NCBI GenBank assembly: GCA_963714975.1
Contig: CAVQQD010000002.1
Location: 512,001 to 576,000 of the forward strand
DNA from: an uncultured Gammaproteobacteria bacterium
Lineage (GTDB): Bacteria > Pseudomonadota > Gammaproteobacteria > JAURND01
DNA length: 64,000 nt
Direction of reading: 5' to 3'
Part shown: positions 10,635 through 21,569 of the stretch, piece after piece
How positions within the stretch are numbered: the first letter of the stretch is position 1
Layout of the letters: each line of letters starts with the position of its first letter
The notes under the pieces: generated by a model
What the model was told of the DNA's origin: nothing
Database searches by the model: none
What the model saw: only the letters and a program-made list of their open reading frames with translations
Made by a program: the position numbers and the translations under genes

Positions 10635-11624
10635 CTATAACGCAGACCTTAGGTTAGAAACTTCTAGTTGTTGAGTGGAGTTTATTTGGGACGGCGCTGT
10701 AGTTGCGACACTCAGCATCCGATCCTGCTCTTGAGTAGTACGGGCCATGGCTCTTGCTAATTCATGCTGAATGGCAGTTGCCTGAGGATCTTGCATGCGC
10801 TGTGCGGAATTATAGACAATGCTAGCAAGCCAGGCAGGAAACTCTGCATTTCCCAGGTTGCGAATGCTTATCGCCACGGTACCATTGGGGCCTGATAATG
10901 TAGCCAGGCCTTGCATGTAGTTAGTATAGCTTTGGGAATCTTTCGCCAATGCTGCTGCCTGAATAGCCATCGCATAGGTCCACATGACATTGGAAAGAGA
11001 AGCTTTAATCTCCCTCTCCCCCGAAGATGGGAGAGAGTTGAGGAGAGGGGGCTCATAGTGCCCGTGTTGATATTGGACTGCCGCTTGGAGTGCTGCTTTA
11101 TTGGCTTCATAGGCAGATTTATTATGCAATGCATAGTAAGAAAGCAGATAACCCAGGGCCCAACCAGCAAAAGCAGTATTTTCGCTATAATTTGCTTGAG
11201 TGGGAGCATACCGGGTTGAAGTGAGTGCAGGCCGCAAATCGGCTGCAATGCGGGCCGCTTCTTTTTCTTGACTGGCATGCATGGCAATTAATAATTGACG
11301 CCCTTTCATCCATAAACCAAATTCCAGACCTTCTTTGCCTTCAGCCAATAATGTTTTGAATTGCTCCGCAATTTTTGGATTCGTGTAATGCTTTGGATTA
11401 GCTAATAAAGGCATACTCATCTGGTAGGCAGTTTTAGCTTCTTGCAAATATTTTCCTGCTAATTCATTCACATTAACTGTCACTTGTTTGTGTTCTTGAA
11501 AATAACGGCTGCTCATGGGTTCCTCTGTTGTTGTTATGGATAAACTACTGATTGAATCAAGCCCCAGGAGAAATCCTGTGACCACGATCACGACTATGTG
11601 CATAATATCTCTCTTTAACTTCAT
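10635..11624 (-). CDS. Hypothetical protein (start 11624 or 11516) containing an in-frame family A insert
   Basis: Long Ala-rich ORF; PPLLNSLPSSGERE peptide. Confidence 0.65.
   Translation of the reverse strand: MKLKRDIMHIVVIVVTGFLLGLDSISSLSITTTEEPMSSRYFQEHKQVTVNVNELAGKYLQEAKTAYQMSMPLLANPKHYTNPKIAEQFKTLLAEGKEGLEFGLWMKGRQLLIAMHASQEKEAARIAADLRPALTSTRYAPTQANYSENTAFAGWALGYLLSYYALHNKSAYEANKAALQAAVQYQHGHYEPPLLNSLPSSGEREIKASLSNVMWTYAMAIQAAALAKDSQSYTNYMQGLATLSGPNGTVAISIRNLGNAEFPAWLASIVYNSAQRMQDPQATAIQHELARAMARTTQEQDRMLSVATTAPSQINSTQQLEVSNLRSAL
11011..11051. repeat. Family A element in frame within the hypothetical gene
   Basis: TCCCTCTCCCCCGAAGATGGGAGAGAGTTGAGGAGAGGGG, similar to the copy at 27043-27084. 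Confidence 0.75.
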
Positions 11625-11752
11625 CGCTATTTCGAGGTTGCTATTGTAGCACGGGGGCTTATAATGACAAGCTGCAGTGTGAGCGTGTCGAAGGGGCATC
11701 TTCTCCCAAGGGGAGAGGAAATAATGTTGATGATAATAATAGAGAGAGTGAT

Positions 11753-12559
11753 ATGAGAAGATACTTATTAGCTGGTTTGATGTTTGTCTGGTGTATTGGT
11801 TCTTTGGCAGAAGCGCCACACGGGCCGGCATGCCGTCCTGGAGAAATTACGACGGCAAATGATTACATGGCAATTCAGTGGTATCGTACTTCCGCAGAGA
11901 AAAATGCTTTATACCGCGAGATATTTTCCATGGCTGAGCAACAAGTTCGGGCAAAAAAACGCTTTTTGAAACTAGAGCCACAGCAATGGGGAGTTGTTTT
12001 TGATATTGATGATACGTTACTTGATAATAGCCTACACAGCTATGAAAATGCCTTGTACTGTGCTGGCCAACATTCTATTGGTTCAACCGCTTTCTTTGTG
12101 CGAGAAGTTTCCGTCCCGACACCGGGTGCTAAAAAAATTACCTGTGATATTCGCAAGATGGGTGGTTATGTGTCATTAGTGAGCAATCGTGATGGGAATC
12201 AGACCGATCCACGGACTGGAAAGAATTTACTCGACGCCACTGTAGAAAATTTAAAGAAAGCAGGCATTTGTTTTGATCAAGTAGTGCTGGCCAATTCAGT
12301 GAATGGGAATAAAAATCCGCGTTTCCAAGCCATTAACTCAGGCGAATATCCTGCGGATATGATTGTGACTCGCAAGCTGCCGGCGCATCGCGTCATCGCT
12401 TACTTTGGTGATAATATCCAGGACTTTCCCAATACATTTCAGCAAGAAATGAAGCAAGAAAATCCTGAAGGACAGGCTTATGCTAATTTTGGAATTTCTT
12501 ATTTTGTGTTGCCAAATCCACTTTACGGTAGTTGGCAGCATGCCACAAAAAAACCTTAA
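11753..12559 (+). CDS. HAD acid phosphatase / 5'-nucleotidase, e(P4)-like
   Basis: FDIDDTLLDNS, SNR, GDNIQDF and LPNPLYGSW motifs; signal peptide. Confidence 0.88.
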   Translation: MRRYLLAGLMFVWCIGSLAEAPHGPACRPGEITTANDYMAIQWYRTSAEKNALYREIFSMAEQQVRAKKRFLKLEPQQWGVVFDIDDTLLDNSLHSYENALYCAGQHSIGSTAFFVREVSVPTPGAKKITCDIRKMGGYVSLVSNRDGNQTDPRTGKNLLDATVENLKKAGICFDQVVLANSVNGNKNPRFQAINSGEYPADMIVTRKLPAHRVIAYFGDNIQDFPNTFQQEMKQENPEGQAYANFGISYFVLPNPLYGSWQHATKKP

Positions 12560-12568
12560 GGAGTATTT

Positions 12569-13090
12569 ATGGACACCCAGGAATTAAAAAATTTAATCCG
12601 CGAGATCCCCGATTTTCCAAAACCGGGTATCAACTTTTATGACATCACTACGCTACTTAAAGACAAGGTCGGATTACGAATGGCCATGGATGCTTTGGCT
12701 GTGCCCTATATTAAGCGACATGTCGATTGTGTCGTCGGTGTTGAAGCACGAGGTTTTATTTTTGCTTCTGCGATCGCTTATCAATTAAATGCGGGTTTTG
12801 TTCCAGCACGCAAAGCAAAAAAGCTCCCAGGTGAAGTCACACGGATGGTTTACGATTTAGAATATGGCGAAGAGATGTTAGAAATCCACAAAGATGCCAT
12901 TATTACCGGACAAAAGGTGTTAATTATTGATGACGTATTGGCGACTGGCGGCACGGCAGCTGCTACGATTGAGCTAGTAGAAATGCTTGGCGGGGAAGTA
13001 CTCGGGTTGGGGTTTCTGATGGAGCTTGGATTTTTAAATGGTCGAGATAAATTAAAAGGCTATGAAGTCTTTACCGTATTGCAGTACTAG
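12569..13090 (+). CDS. apt: Adenine phosphoribosyltransferase
   Basis: [15 protein letters not shown] and [11 protein letters not shown] motifs. Confidence 0.95.
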   Translation: MDTQELKNLIREIPDFPKPGINFYDITTLLKDKVGLRMAMDALAVPYIKRHVDCVVGVEARGFIFASAIAYQLNAGFVPARKAKKLPGEVTRMVYDLEYGEEMLEIHKDAIITGQKVLIIDDVLATGGTAAATIELVEMLGGEVLGLGFLMELGFLNGRDKLKGYEVFTVLQY

Positions 13091-14470
13091 CTGTTGTTTA
13101 ATCTGCTCAAGACCTGGTTCAACCAGCAAGGGATAAGTTTCGCTAGGATGGGTAGCTTGGAAATCCGCTAATTGCTTTTGGCAGCGCTGCTGGATTTCGG
13201 GTAGGCTAGGTTTCTTATACACACACAGCCCTTGCTGGAAAATCGGTGTTAGTAAATCTTCATAATGCGTGGCAGATTGAACTAGTGGAATGTCGTCCGC
13301 ATTTAGGCCGGTAGGCAGATCGAAGAGTACATCCGCCAAATAGTTTTGATGCTGAAAATAACGGCGTACTTGCAAAATTCCTGGATAAGTTGCTTTGTTC
13401 GGTGAATCAGAGATTTTTATTTTATAATCCCAAGTGCCTGTGTCATTTGCGATGGCTGTTAGCTTATAAATCATATCCAAAGCAGGATGCTCATAGGCTG
13501 TTATTAGCCGAGTGCCTACTCCCCAACTATCAATGGGTGCGCCTTCTCCTTTTAACTTAGCAATACTGTATTCATCCAAATCGCCGCTGGCTAGGATTTT
13601 CGTTGCGGTAAATCCAGCAGCATCTAACCGTTGCCGGGCTGTGCGACTTAATTCTGCTAAATCACCTGAATCAAGGCGAATGGCTTGTAATGAGTAACCT
13701 TGGGCTTGCAATTGCTTACCGGTGTTAATGGCATTTTCAATGCCGGTAATGGTGTGGTAAGTATCAACGAGCAATGTTACCTGATCTGGAATGGCAGTAG
13801 CAAAACTGTTGAAAGCTGCAGCCTCATCTGCAAAAGCCATAATCCAGCTATGCGCCTGAGTTCCTTGCACCGGGATCCCATAAAGTTTACCAGCTAACAC
13901 ATTGGAGGTACTGTTGCATCCCCCAATATACGCAGCTCGGCTGGCGCTTAAGCCGCCGTTGGGACCTTGTGAGCGACGTAAGCCAAATTCGATTACTGTA
14001 TCTTGTTGCGCCGCTTGTCGCACGCGGCTGGCTTTAGTGGCAATTAAACTCGAAAATTGCAATAAATTAGTCAGCGCGGTTTCTAACAACTGGCATTGTA
14101 ACAGTGGCGCTTTTATTCTTAACAAAGGCTCATTAGGAAATACCGGGGTACCCTCGGGGATCACATCAATATCGCCAGTGAAGGCCAGTTGAGACAGATA
14201 GTGGAGGAATTCTTGGGTAAATAGCGGCTGGTGAGCACGATTTGTAAGTGAGCTTAGGTAATCAAGATCTGATTGGCTGAATTTCCAAGCGTGGATAAAA
14301 TCAATTACTAGTTCTAAGCCAGCACAAACGGTGTAGTTGCTGTTGAAGGGATTGTGACGAAAAAAATTTTGGAAGACGGCTTCTTGTTCGGCCTTACCCA
14401 AGCGCCAATAACCATAGGCCATAACTATTTCATATTGGTCAGTAAAGAGCGGGCTGTGGGCGGTTTCCAT
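13052..14470 (-). CDS. pncB: Nicotinate phosphoribosyltransferase
   Basis: LFTDQY, EFGLRR, GTQAHSW, LVDTY and IRLDSGD motifs. Confidence 0.92.
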   Translation of the reverse strand: METAHSPLFTDQYEIVMAYGYWRLGKAEQEAVFQNFFRHNPFNSNYTVCAGLELVIDFIHAWKFSQSDLDYLSSLTNRAHQPLFTQEFLHYLSQLAFTGDIDVIPEGTPVFPNEPLLRIKAPLLQCQLLETALTNLLQFSSLIATKASRVRQAAQQDTVIEFGLRRSQGPNGGLSASRAAYIGGCNSTSNVLAGKLYGIPVQGTQAHSWIMAFADEAAAFNSFATAIPDQVTLLVDTYHTITGIENAINTGKQLQAQGYSLQAIRLDSGDLAELSRTARQRLDAAGFTATKILASGDLDEYSIAKLKGEGAPIDSWGVGTRLITAYEHPALDMIYKLTAIANDTGTWDYKIKISDSPNKATYPGILQVRRYFQHQNYLADVLFDLPTGLNADDIPLVQSATHYEDLLTPIFQQGLCVYKKPSLPEIQQRCQKQLADFQATHPSETYPLLVEPGLEQIKQQLVLQYGKDFIAF

Positions 14471-14493
14471 TGGTATTCCTTTAGCAGCAGTCA

Positions 14494-14538
14494 CCCCTCA
14501 TCCGCCCTTCGGGCACCTTCTCCCACAGGGGGAGAAGG
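14494..14538. repeat. Family A element
   Basis: CCCCTCATCCGCCCTTCGGGCACCTTCTCCCACAGGGGGAGAAGG between ffh and pncB. Confidence 0.88.
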
Positions 14539-14549
14539 AATTATTCAGG

Positions 14550-15908
14550 CTATTCAGGAAGATCAGGTGGCAACATTCCCTTCATATTTTGCATCATGCG
14601 ATTCATTCCGCCACCTTTCATTTTCTTCAGCATTTTTTGTGTTTGTAAGAAATGCTTGATGAGGCGATTGACATCTTGGACTTGGGTGCCAGAGCCATTA
14701 GCAATTCGGCGTTTCCGGGAGCCATTAATTAAATCAATATAATGTCTTTCTTCCTGGGTCATGGAATTAATAATGGCTTCCATTTGCGTGACAAATTTAT
14801 CGTTCATCATATTTTTGGCCGCTTGAGGAATTTGTCCCATGCCCGGAATTTTTCCCATAATGCTGGCGATGCCTCCTAACTTGCGCATTTGCTGCAATTG
14901 TTCGCGAAAATCTTCTAGATCAAATTCCTTGCCTTTTTTAAATTTTTTCTCAAGCTTCTCTGCTTGTTTTTGATCCATCTTCCGCTGAGCTTCTTCGACC
15001 AAGGTGAGAATATCACCCATGCCTAAAATACGCGAAGCCATCCGTTCAGGATGAAAGGGCTCAAAAGCATCAATTTTTTCACCAACGCCCACAAACTTAA
15101 TCGGCTTACCGGTAATGGACTTAATGGAAAGAGCGGCGCCTCCGCGCGCATCGCCATCTGTTTTGGTGAGGATTACGCCAGTCAGGGTTAATGCATCATT
15201 AAATGCTTTGGCAGTATTCGCCGCGTCTTGGCCTGTCATACTATCAACGACAAATAAGGTTTCTGTCGGTTTAATTGCGGTATGAATTTTTTGGATTTCC
15301 GCCATCATCTCTTGATCAATATGTAAGCGGCCAGCGGTATCGATAATCACAACATCGAGCAGGTGGGTTTTAGCATATTGCACTGCGCCAGTAGCAATGG
15401 CGATGGGAGATTGGGAAGGGTTACTGGCAAAAAACTCTACGCCTATTTGCGTAGCTAAAACTTTTAACTGTTCGATGGCCGCGGGTCGATAAATATCAGC
15501 GCTGGCAATTAATACGGATTTTTCATTTCTGGTTTTTAATAAATTAGCCAATTTAGCCACAGTCGTGGTTTTACCGGAACCTTGCAGTCCCGCCATTAAG
15601 ATGACGATCGGGGCTTGGGCTTTAAGATTGAGATCGGTTAAGCTGGGTCCTAGCAGGTCAACTAAGGCGTCATTGACGACCTTGATTAGAGCATCGCCTG
15701 GCTTTATGCTGCGGATGACTTCTTTGCCAACCGCCTTACTGCGAATGGTCTCGGTAAAGGTTTTAACCACCGGCAGCGCAACATCGGCATCCAATAGCGC
15801 AGAGCGGACTTCCTTTAGGGTCTCCTGGATGTTTTCCTCAGTTAAGCGCCCTTTGCCAGTCAGGCGTTGCATGGTTTTGGTCAATTTACTCGATAATGTT
15901 TCAAACAT
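14550..15908 (-). CDS. ffh: Signal recognition particle protein
   Basis: GLQGSGKTT, DTAGR and TKTDGDARGGAALS motifs; Met-rich M domain. Confidence 0.96.
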   Translation of the reverse strand: MFETLSSKLTKTMQRLTGKGRLTEENIQETLKEVRSALLDADVALPVVKTFTETIRSKAVGKEVIRSIKPGDALIKVVNDALVDLLGPSLTDLNLKAQAPIVILMAGLQGSGKTTTVAKLANLLKTRNEKSVLIASADIYRPAAIEQLKVLATQIGVEFFASNPSQSPIAIATGAVQYAKTHLLDVVIIDTAGRLHIDQEMMAEIQKIHTAIKPTETLFVVDSMTGQDAANTAKAFNDALTLTGVILTKTDGDARGGAALSIKSITGKPIKFVGVGEKIDAFEPFHPERMASRILGMGDILTLVEEAQRKMDQKQAEKLEKKFKKGKEFDLEDFREQLQQMRKLGGIASIMGKIPGMGQIPQAAKNMMNDKFVTQMEAIINSMTQEERHYIDLINGSRKRRIANGSGTQVQDVNRLIKHFLQTQKMLKKMKGGGMNRMMQNMKGMLPPDLPE

Positions 15909-16004
15909 ACAAATAATGAATCCTGTCTGGTATACTTTTGTAACGATTAGTGGAACCGCGCCAAGTATACCCCTAACTCCACTCAGGAAAAAGGCCCAAA
16001 TAAC

Positions 16005-16439
16005 ATGCAAAATGTGCTAACAGCTTTAGGCGTCAAAGAGCTTATTCATGTTTTATCTGCAATGGCCGCTTTTAGCGTTATCTGTCTTGGCACTCTGCAA
16101 GCCATATTTGTTGCGATTCAAGAACATTTGCTGCGTTATAATTATGCGGGTACGGTGATCAAAAAATTGCCTCCGTTAGAGAGGATGGAGACAATCCTAT
16201 TTCAACTCATTTGGCTAGGATTTATTCTGCTAAGTTTGGTTCTAATTAGCAGCTTATTCTTTTTCTATCCAGTTTTTTCCCCTTTCTTGTTAGAAAAAAC
16301 CTTATTAGCAAGTTTTGCTTGGATGATTTATGCTATTTTGTTATTAGGTCGTTATTTCGTTGGTTGGCGAGGTCGGAAGATTATTTATTACACATTATGT
16401 GGGTTTGCCTTATTGGTTATTGTTTATTTTTGTCAGTAG
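16005..16439 (+). CDS. Cytochrome c assembly (CcsA/YpjD-like) membrane protein, short form
   Basis: LPPLERME and GWRG motifs; divergent from ffh as for ypjD. Confidence 0.75.
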   Translation: MQNVLTALGVKELIHVLSAMAAFSVICLGTLQAIFVAIQEHLLRYNYAGTVIKKLPPLERMETILFQLIWLGFILLSLVLISSLFFFYPVFSPFLLEKTLLASFAWMIYAILLLGRYFVGWRGRKIIYYTLCGFALLVIVYFCQ

Positions 16440-16474
16440 TTTTGTTTAGACTGTAGAAATGGGAGCTTTTATAC

Positions 16475-17734
16475 ATGTATTTGCTGTTCCTCGGTTTGGG
16501 TTTCTTAATTTCCGTCTCTAGTTTTTTTTCAGGATCAGAAACAGCCATGATGGCAATTAATCGTTATCGCTTACGGCACTTAGTCAGTAAGCAGCATCCT
16601 GCAGCCATGCGCGTCAGTCGTTTACTGGAACGACCTGATCGATTGCTGGGAGTCGTGTTGATCGGTAATACTTTCACCAATATGCTTATTTCTGCGGTAG
16701 CCAGCTTAGTAGCCATTCATTTGTTCGGACCAGTTGCTGTTATTCCTGCTTCCATTGCGATGGCGCTGATCGTACTTATTTTTGCCGAGGTGGTTCCTAA
16801 AACCTTAGCTGCACTACGCCCGGAAAGTTTTGCGTTCCCTGCTTCAGGACTACTTGCAATATTATTAACTGTGTTATACCCCCTGGTTTGGTGTGCTAAT
16901 GCAATTTCCAATGGATTCTTGCGTTTATTCAATGTGAATATAAAATTGTACGGGAAGGTGCTGGACCATTTAACTGGGGAAGAAGTGCGCACGATTGTGC
17001 ATGAAGCAACCCACCAATTGACTACGGGTTCCAAGCATATGATGTTAGGAGTTCTAGATTTAAGTGCTATTACGGTGGATGATGTTTCAGTGCCGCGCAA
17101 TGATATTGTCGGGATTGACCTTGAGGATTCTTGGCCGGTGATATTAGAACAACTAGCCGCTTCAGAACATACGCGATTACCGGTATTTAACAGCAATATC
17201 GATCAAGTCCAGGGAGTTTTGCATGTTCGTAAGGCTTTAAATTTAGCGACGCAAGGGCAATTGAGCAAAACAACATTAATGAACAATTTGGAAGATGTTT
17301 ATTTTATTCCCGAAGGAACCCCCCTGAATGTGCAATTATTAAATTTTCGGCAAGCAAAACGTCGCATCGGCTTGGTGGTTGATGAATATGGAGATATTCA
17401 GGGACTGATTACTTTAGACGATATACTTGAGGAGATTGTTGGAGAATATACGACTAATTTAGCGGCATCTTATAAAAATATCCAACGGCAACCGGATGGG
17501 AGTTATTTGATTGATGGTGGAGCAAGCATCCGAGAGCTCAATCGGCGTTTTCAGTGGGGGCTACCCACCAGCGGTCCCAAAACCTTAAGTGGGCTGATTG
17601 TTGAATATCTGGAAATGATTCCTACTGCTGGAGTGGGCTTGCGCATCAGCGGTTATCCGATAGAAGTTTTAGAAATGGAAGAAAATACCATTAAGGTGGT
17701 GAGGATTTGGCCAGAACGGCGCCGTTATGAATAA
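16475..17734 (+). CDS. HlyC/CorC (CNNM-CBS) family transporter
   Basis: FFSGSETA, AEVVPK, VDEYGD and CorC-domain motifs. Confidence 0.9.
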   Translation: MYLLFLGLGFLISVSSFFSGSETAMMAINRYRLRHLVSKQHPAAMRVSRLLERPDRLLGVVLIGNTFTNMLISAVASLVAIHLFGPVAVIPASIAMALIVLIFAEVVPKTLAALRPESFAFPASGLLAILLTVLYPLVWCANAISNGFLRLFNVNIKLYGKVLDHLTGEEVRTIVHEATHQLTTGSKHMMLGVLDLSAITVDDVSVPRNDIVGIDLEDSWPVILEQLAASEHTRLPVFNSNIDQVQGVLHVRKALNLATQGQLSKTTLMNNLEDVYFIPEGTPLNVQLLNFRQAKRRIGLVVDEYGDIQGLITLDDILEEIVGEYTTNLAASYKNIQRQPDGSYLIDGGASIRELNRRFQWGLPTSGPKTLSGLIVEYLEMIPTAGVGLRISGYPIEVLEMEENTIKVVRIWPERRRYE

Positions 17735-18185
17735 TTTGTTCGAGCTGTTACTCGTTTTATTTATTGTCAGTATTTTACTGATGGCTGCTGTACCTTCCGG
17801 ACGGAAATTTTTAGTAGAAAAAACTACGGCTACCGCGATTAATTCTTTAGTGGCTGGTTTAAATTTTGCTCGTAGTGAGGCCATTCACCGTAGTGAAAAA
17901 CTGCTATTTTGTAAGAGTTCTAATCACAAAACTTGTGGTGGAAATTGGGCCGATGGGCAGCTGGTCGTGAACCACTCAGGAGTAGTTTTGAAAGTGTTAC
18001 CAGCAATCCCCAAAGCTGCGCATTTAGCGTGGAATAGTAGCGGCGGTAAAGACGATTTTCTGGAGTGGTTGCCTACAGGCTATACCAATGGTCAACGTGG
18101 CACTTTTTACTATACTGCGCCTGGAAGTCAAGCCAATTCACAGGCGATCGTAGTTTTAAACACCGGGAGAATTAGTGTGCAATGA
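17727..18185 (+). CDS. FimT/GspH-like minor pilin
   Basis: LFELLLVL hydrophobic helix; ARSEAI; terminal GR motif. Confidence 0.78.
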   Translation: MNNLFELLLVLFIVSILLMAAVPSGRKFLVEKTTATAINSLVAGLNFARSEAIHRSEKLLFCKSSNHKTCGGNWADGQLVVNHSGVVLKVLPAIPKAAHLAWNSSGGKDDFLEWLPTGYTNGQRGTFYYTAPGSQANSQAIVVLNTGRISVQ

Positions 18186-19335
18186 ATTCTAGGAGAGGGG
18201 AGGTGCTGTCCAGAGCATTTTTAATCTCATCCATCATCCCATAAAAATCTGGGTTGTAGTTTAAGCGTTGAATTACATGATGAAGTAAATTGGTCGGCTG
18301 CAGTGATCCAAGATAAATGTCGCCTAATTTGGGCGGTACGGAATGGGGATAATGGATGAATTCTTGATAATCTCCTTGTCTGCCATAATGAGGATTCTCG
18401 GGAGAATTGGGGATGCTTGTATGAGCAAAATCTAAGATTTTTTCTTCGGGAAAATAACTGCTGCGCTCAATGATACGTGGATCTGGCAGATGGAGTGGTT
18501 TTTTTGTATAAACTAGTAAACGATTTTGCGGGTTTTGATAGTGGCTAAAAAAATCATAAACAGCCTTGGTGACAATGACTTCATCCTCATGACTGAGAGC
18601 GATAAATAGTTGGGGTAGCTGAGGATTTAATGCCAGTAATCGGCGAGTTCTTTGGATTAATCGATAGCATTGATAACCCGCATTAAAGCAAAAGGACTCA
18701 TATTTAGCATAATTTTTGAGTGGTGATCGTTTGTACCATTTAAGTGCATTAAAAGCCCAATCAATTAAGTGGAACCAAACGCTTAAACGAATGATTCCCT
18801 CTCCATAGAATTTTAAGGCGGGAGCAAATAGGATTAAGCCTTGGATATGGCTATTATTGATAGCTTGGTCGAGGGCCAAAATTGCCCCTGTTGAATGTCC
18901 CCCTATATAGACCTGATCTACAACTTTCGTCAATTCTTTGATCCCATAGTGGGCTGCCTTAATCCATTCTTGATAACGAATATTAAGTAAATCGCCAGGT
19001 ACGGTACCATGACCTGGAAGCAATAGCCCATACACTAAAAAGCCTTGCTCTTGCAATTGACGACCTACATCGCGCATACCAAAGGGAGAATCATAAAGAC
19101 CATGAATTAATAAAATGCCACGACGTATTGAAGATGATTTTGTGGGCTCAAAGATAAAGGGGCTATTTGCTGCTATGATATGCTCCTGGTGAATATTTTC
19201 ATGCGATGATAAATCCAGGCGAGCTTGGCGGATCATTTTTTGAGTTTCCGCGATATAGGAAGAAAAAGATAATCCTTCACCAATAAATTGGTTATTTAGG
19301 CCTGAGGGTTTTAGTAATCGCGGATCATAGTACAT
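18172..19335 (-). CDS. Alpha/beta hydrolase (carboxylesterase-like)
   Basis: LIHGLYDSP, LLPGHG and GHSTG nucleophile motifs. Confidence 0.85.
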   Translation of the reverse strand: MYYDPRLLKPSGLNNQFIGEGLSFSSYIAETQKMIRQARLDLSSHENIHQEHIIAANSPFIFEPTKSSSIRRGILLIHGLYDSPFGMRDVGRQLQEQGFLVYGLLLPGHGTVPGDLLNIRYQEWIKAAHYGIKELTKVVDQVYIGGHSTGAILALDQAINNSHIQGLILFAPALKFYGEGIIRLSVWFHLIDWAFNALKWYKRSPLKNYAKYESFCFNAGYQCYRLIQRTRRLLALNPQLPQLFIALSHEDEVIVTKAVYDFFSHYQNPQNRLLVYTKKPLHLPDPRIIERSSYFPEEKILDFAHTSIPNSPENPHYGRQGDYQEFIHYPHSVPPKLGDIYLGSLQPTNLLHHVIQRLNYNPDFYGMMDEIKNALDSTSPLLEFIAH

Positions 19336-19439
19336 GCGGCTATCATAGCAAAAATTAACTAGCAATTCCCACTGCTTCAGAGCTACAGGACCTGATAACC
19401 TTGAAGTGATATAGTACTTCACAGCCTGGAGAGTTTGAA

Positions 19440-20849
19440 ATGGTGTTTAATCGTGATTATTTGTCCCAGATATTGCAGCAATTAAATTTACCACCTCAGA
19501 TTATGGTTGCTTATAGCGGCGGCTTAGATTCCCACGCGCTGTTATATGCCCTAGTTGAGTTACGCAACTTAAATCCAGGACTTTCCTTGCGGGCAGTGCA
19601 TATCGATCATGGCCTTAGTGCGCGTTCCGTCGAATGGAGTGCGCATTGTGTTAGGGTATGTCAACAATTAGCAATCGAATGTATCATCAAGAAAATCCAA
19701 GTTATAGCCGCCGAGGATAGTTTGGAAGAAGTGGCGCGAAATTTAAGATATGCCGCTTTCGCTGAAATAATGATGCCCGGCGAATGTCTGGTGACGGCAC
19801 ACACCGTGGATGATCAAGCCGAAACCGTCTTGCTGCAATTATTGCGAGGAGCAGGCATTCCAGGTTTGGCAGCAATGCCCGTGGTTAAACCATTGGGACC
19901 GGGTAAATTAGCTCGCCCGCTATTATCCATAAGTCGAGCAGCATTACATACTTTTGCGTGCGAAAAGCAATTACGTTGGATTGAAGATGAAAGTAACTTA
20001 AATACTAATTTTGATCGCAATTTTATTCGCCATCAGGTCTTGCCGATACTACGAAAGCGTTGGCCCAGTACGGCTAAAGTAATCGCCCGAACCGCGCGCC
20101 ATTGTGCAGAAGCCAATGATTTACTAGCCGAACTTGCCACATCTGCAATTCCCGCTGAAGCCCTGTTCCCCGACGGGTCCTGCCGCGCGGGCAACCCGCC
20201 GTGCTCGCACACTGCGCGCGGCGTTGTTGCCCCACGCGTCACCCGTCGGCCAAAGTACTATAGAGCGGAAATTGCTGATTCCATACTGGGCGGAAGGAGG
20301 GGAAATTTCGCGTTAACCATCTCATGCTTACAATCATTTGATCCTAGTCAGCAAAAAAATGTATTGCGGGTGTGGCTGCGATCTCAGCAGTTTCGGGTGC
20401 CAAGTGAGGTGAAATTACATCAATTACAACAAGACTTTTTACACTCCAAAGCGAGTGCAACGCCCTATATGCAATGGGCGGGAGTAGAGGTGCGACGTTT
20501 TAAGGATAATTTATACGCCATGCCACCCTTGTCCGCTCATGATCCCGGAATAATCCTAACTTGGGATTTGCACCAGCCCCTGGCTTTACCCTCAGGTATC
20601 GGCGTTTTGCAACCGCACATGCTGGCAGCAGAAGGTGTCGATCTCTCAAATGGTTCTTTAGTGACGATCCGTTTTCGGCAGGGGGGCGAACGGTTTAAGC
20701 CAGCAGGCCGTTTTGGGTCTCATCCTTTAAAAAAACTTTTTCAAGAATGGCAAGTACCGCCTTGGCTGCGTGATCGTATACCGCTCATTTATTTGGAAGG
20801 ACATTTGGTCGCCGTGATTTGGCGGCCTTTTATTAGGGATGTGGAGTAA
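19440..20849 (+). CDS. tilS: tRNA(Ile)-lysidine synthetase with an in-frame repeat insert of about 44 aa
   Basis: AYSGGLDS, AHTVDDQAET, RPLL and VPPWLRDRIPL motifs. Confidence 0.93.
   Translation: MVFNRDYLSQILQQLNLPPQIMVAYSGGLDSHALLYALVELRNLNPGLSLRAVHIDHGLSARSVEWSAHCVRVCQQLAIECIIKKIQVIAAEDSLEEVARNLRYAAFAEIMMPGECLVTAHTVDDQAETVLLQLLRGAGIPGLAAMPVVKPLGPGKLARPLLSISRAALHTFACEKQLRWIEDESNLNTNFDRNFIRHQVLPILRKRWPSTAKVIARTARHCAEANDLLAELATSAIPAEALFPDGSCRAGNPPCSHTARGVVAPRVTRRPKYYRAEIADSILGGRRGNFALTISCLQSFDPSQQKNVLRVWLRSQQFRVPSEVKLHQLQQDFLHSKASATPYMQWAGVEVRRFKDNLYAMPPLSAHDPGIILTWDLHQPLALPSGIGVLQPHMLAAEGVDLSNGSLVTIRFRQGGERFKPAGRFGSHPLKKLFQEWQVPPWLRDRIPLIYLEGHLVAVIWRPFIRDVE
20145..20275. repeat. Family E element (GCAATT...AATTGC ends) in frame in tilS
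   Basis: GC-rich island; shares GTTGCCCCACGCGTCACCCGTCGG and a second block with the nlpD insert. Confidence 0.85.
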
Positions 20850-21126
20850 TGGCTAAGATAGTGATTGCTTTTTTATTAGGTCCATAATACCAAAAAATGC
20901 GATAAGCTGCCGGAGTGTTATTTTCAGCATAAGCTTCAAAAATTTCTTCCCCATGAGGTCCCTGCAGGGAAGAGAATTTATGAGTATTAAGACTTGAGTG
21001 TTTAGGGTTTGTTTCTAAGTAGCCTAAGGCTTTACGGACAGCTTTAAAGCGTTTTGATAACGCAGCACTTTGTTCAAGTTCATCTAAATCATGACTGGCT
21101 TGGGTACTAAATAATAGTTTGAACAT
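20833..21126 (-). CDS. RelE/ParE-fold toxin (putative)
   Basis: 97 aa; NPKHSSLNTH and YRIFWYYG motifs; downstream of an AbrB-like gene. Confidence 0.7.
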   Translation of the reverse strand: MFKLLFSTQASHDLDELEQSAALSKRFKAVRKALGYLETNPKHSSLNTHKFSSLQGPHGEEIFEAYAENNTPAAYRIFWYYGPNKKAITILAITPHP

Positions 21127-21144
21127 TTCAATTGTAATTGTTAG

Positions 21145-21417
21145 TTAGTCGATATCATCCTCATCGACATATTTTGCAAAGCTGCCTTTTTCGTGGACTT
21201 GCTGTGAAGCAGCATCTTTTATTCCTTGTGCCACTTTTTTCAAAGCAGCTTTATTATCAAATAACCATTTTTCGCGTGCTGGGATTTCGGTATAAGGCTC
21301 TAAAATAATTCGGTCATCTTTATCTTTTTTGATTAAAAATCCACTCACACCCTCTGCCCATCGACCTAGGGTAATTCTGCCTTTGGAATCTGGTCTTACC
21401 ATTTTTACACATTTCAT
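21145..21417 (-). CDS. AbrB/MazE-like antitoxin (putative)
   Basis: Start MKCVK after GAGGTGAG RBS; PDSKGRITLG swapped-hairpin motif. Confidence 0.7.
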   Translation of the reverse strand: MKCVKMVRPDSKGRITLGRWAEGVSGFLIKKDKDDRIILEPYTEIPAREKWLFDNKAALKKVAQGIKDAASQQVHEKGSFAKYVDEDDID

Positions 21418-21522
21418 TTCACTCACCTCACAAAAAAGAATAGCCCTATGTGGGATATAATTCAAGTGGGAAATAAGAAAATGTCGGAACTCAGTGAAAA
21501 TGTCCCCATAAAAACTCAATAG

Positions 21523-21555
21523 AAATCCCCCTTTGAAAAAGGGGGGGTAGGGATT
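21523..21555. repeat. Family D element
   Basis: AATCCCCCTTTGAAAAAGGGGGGGTAGGGATT. Confidence 0.8.
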
Positions 21556-21569
21556 AAAGAGGTTGACAA

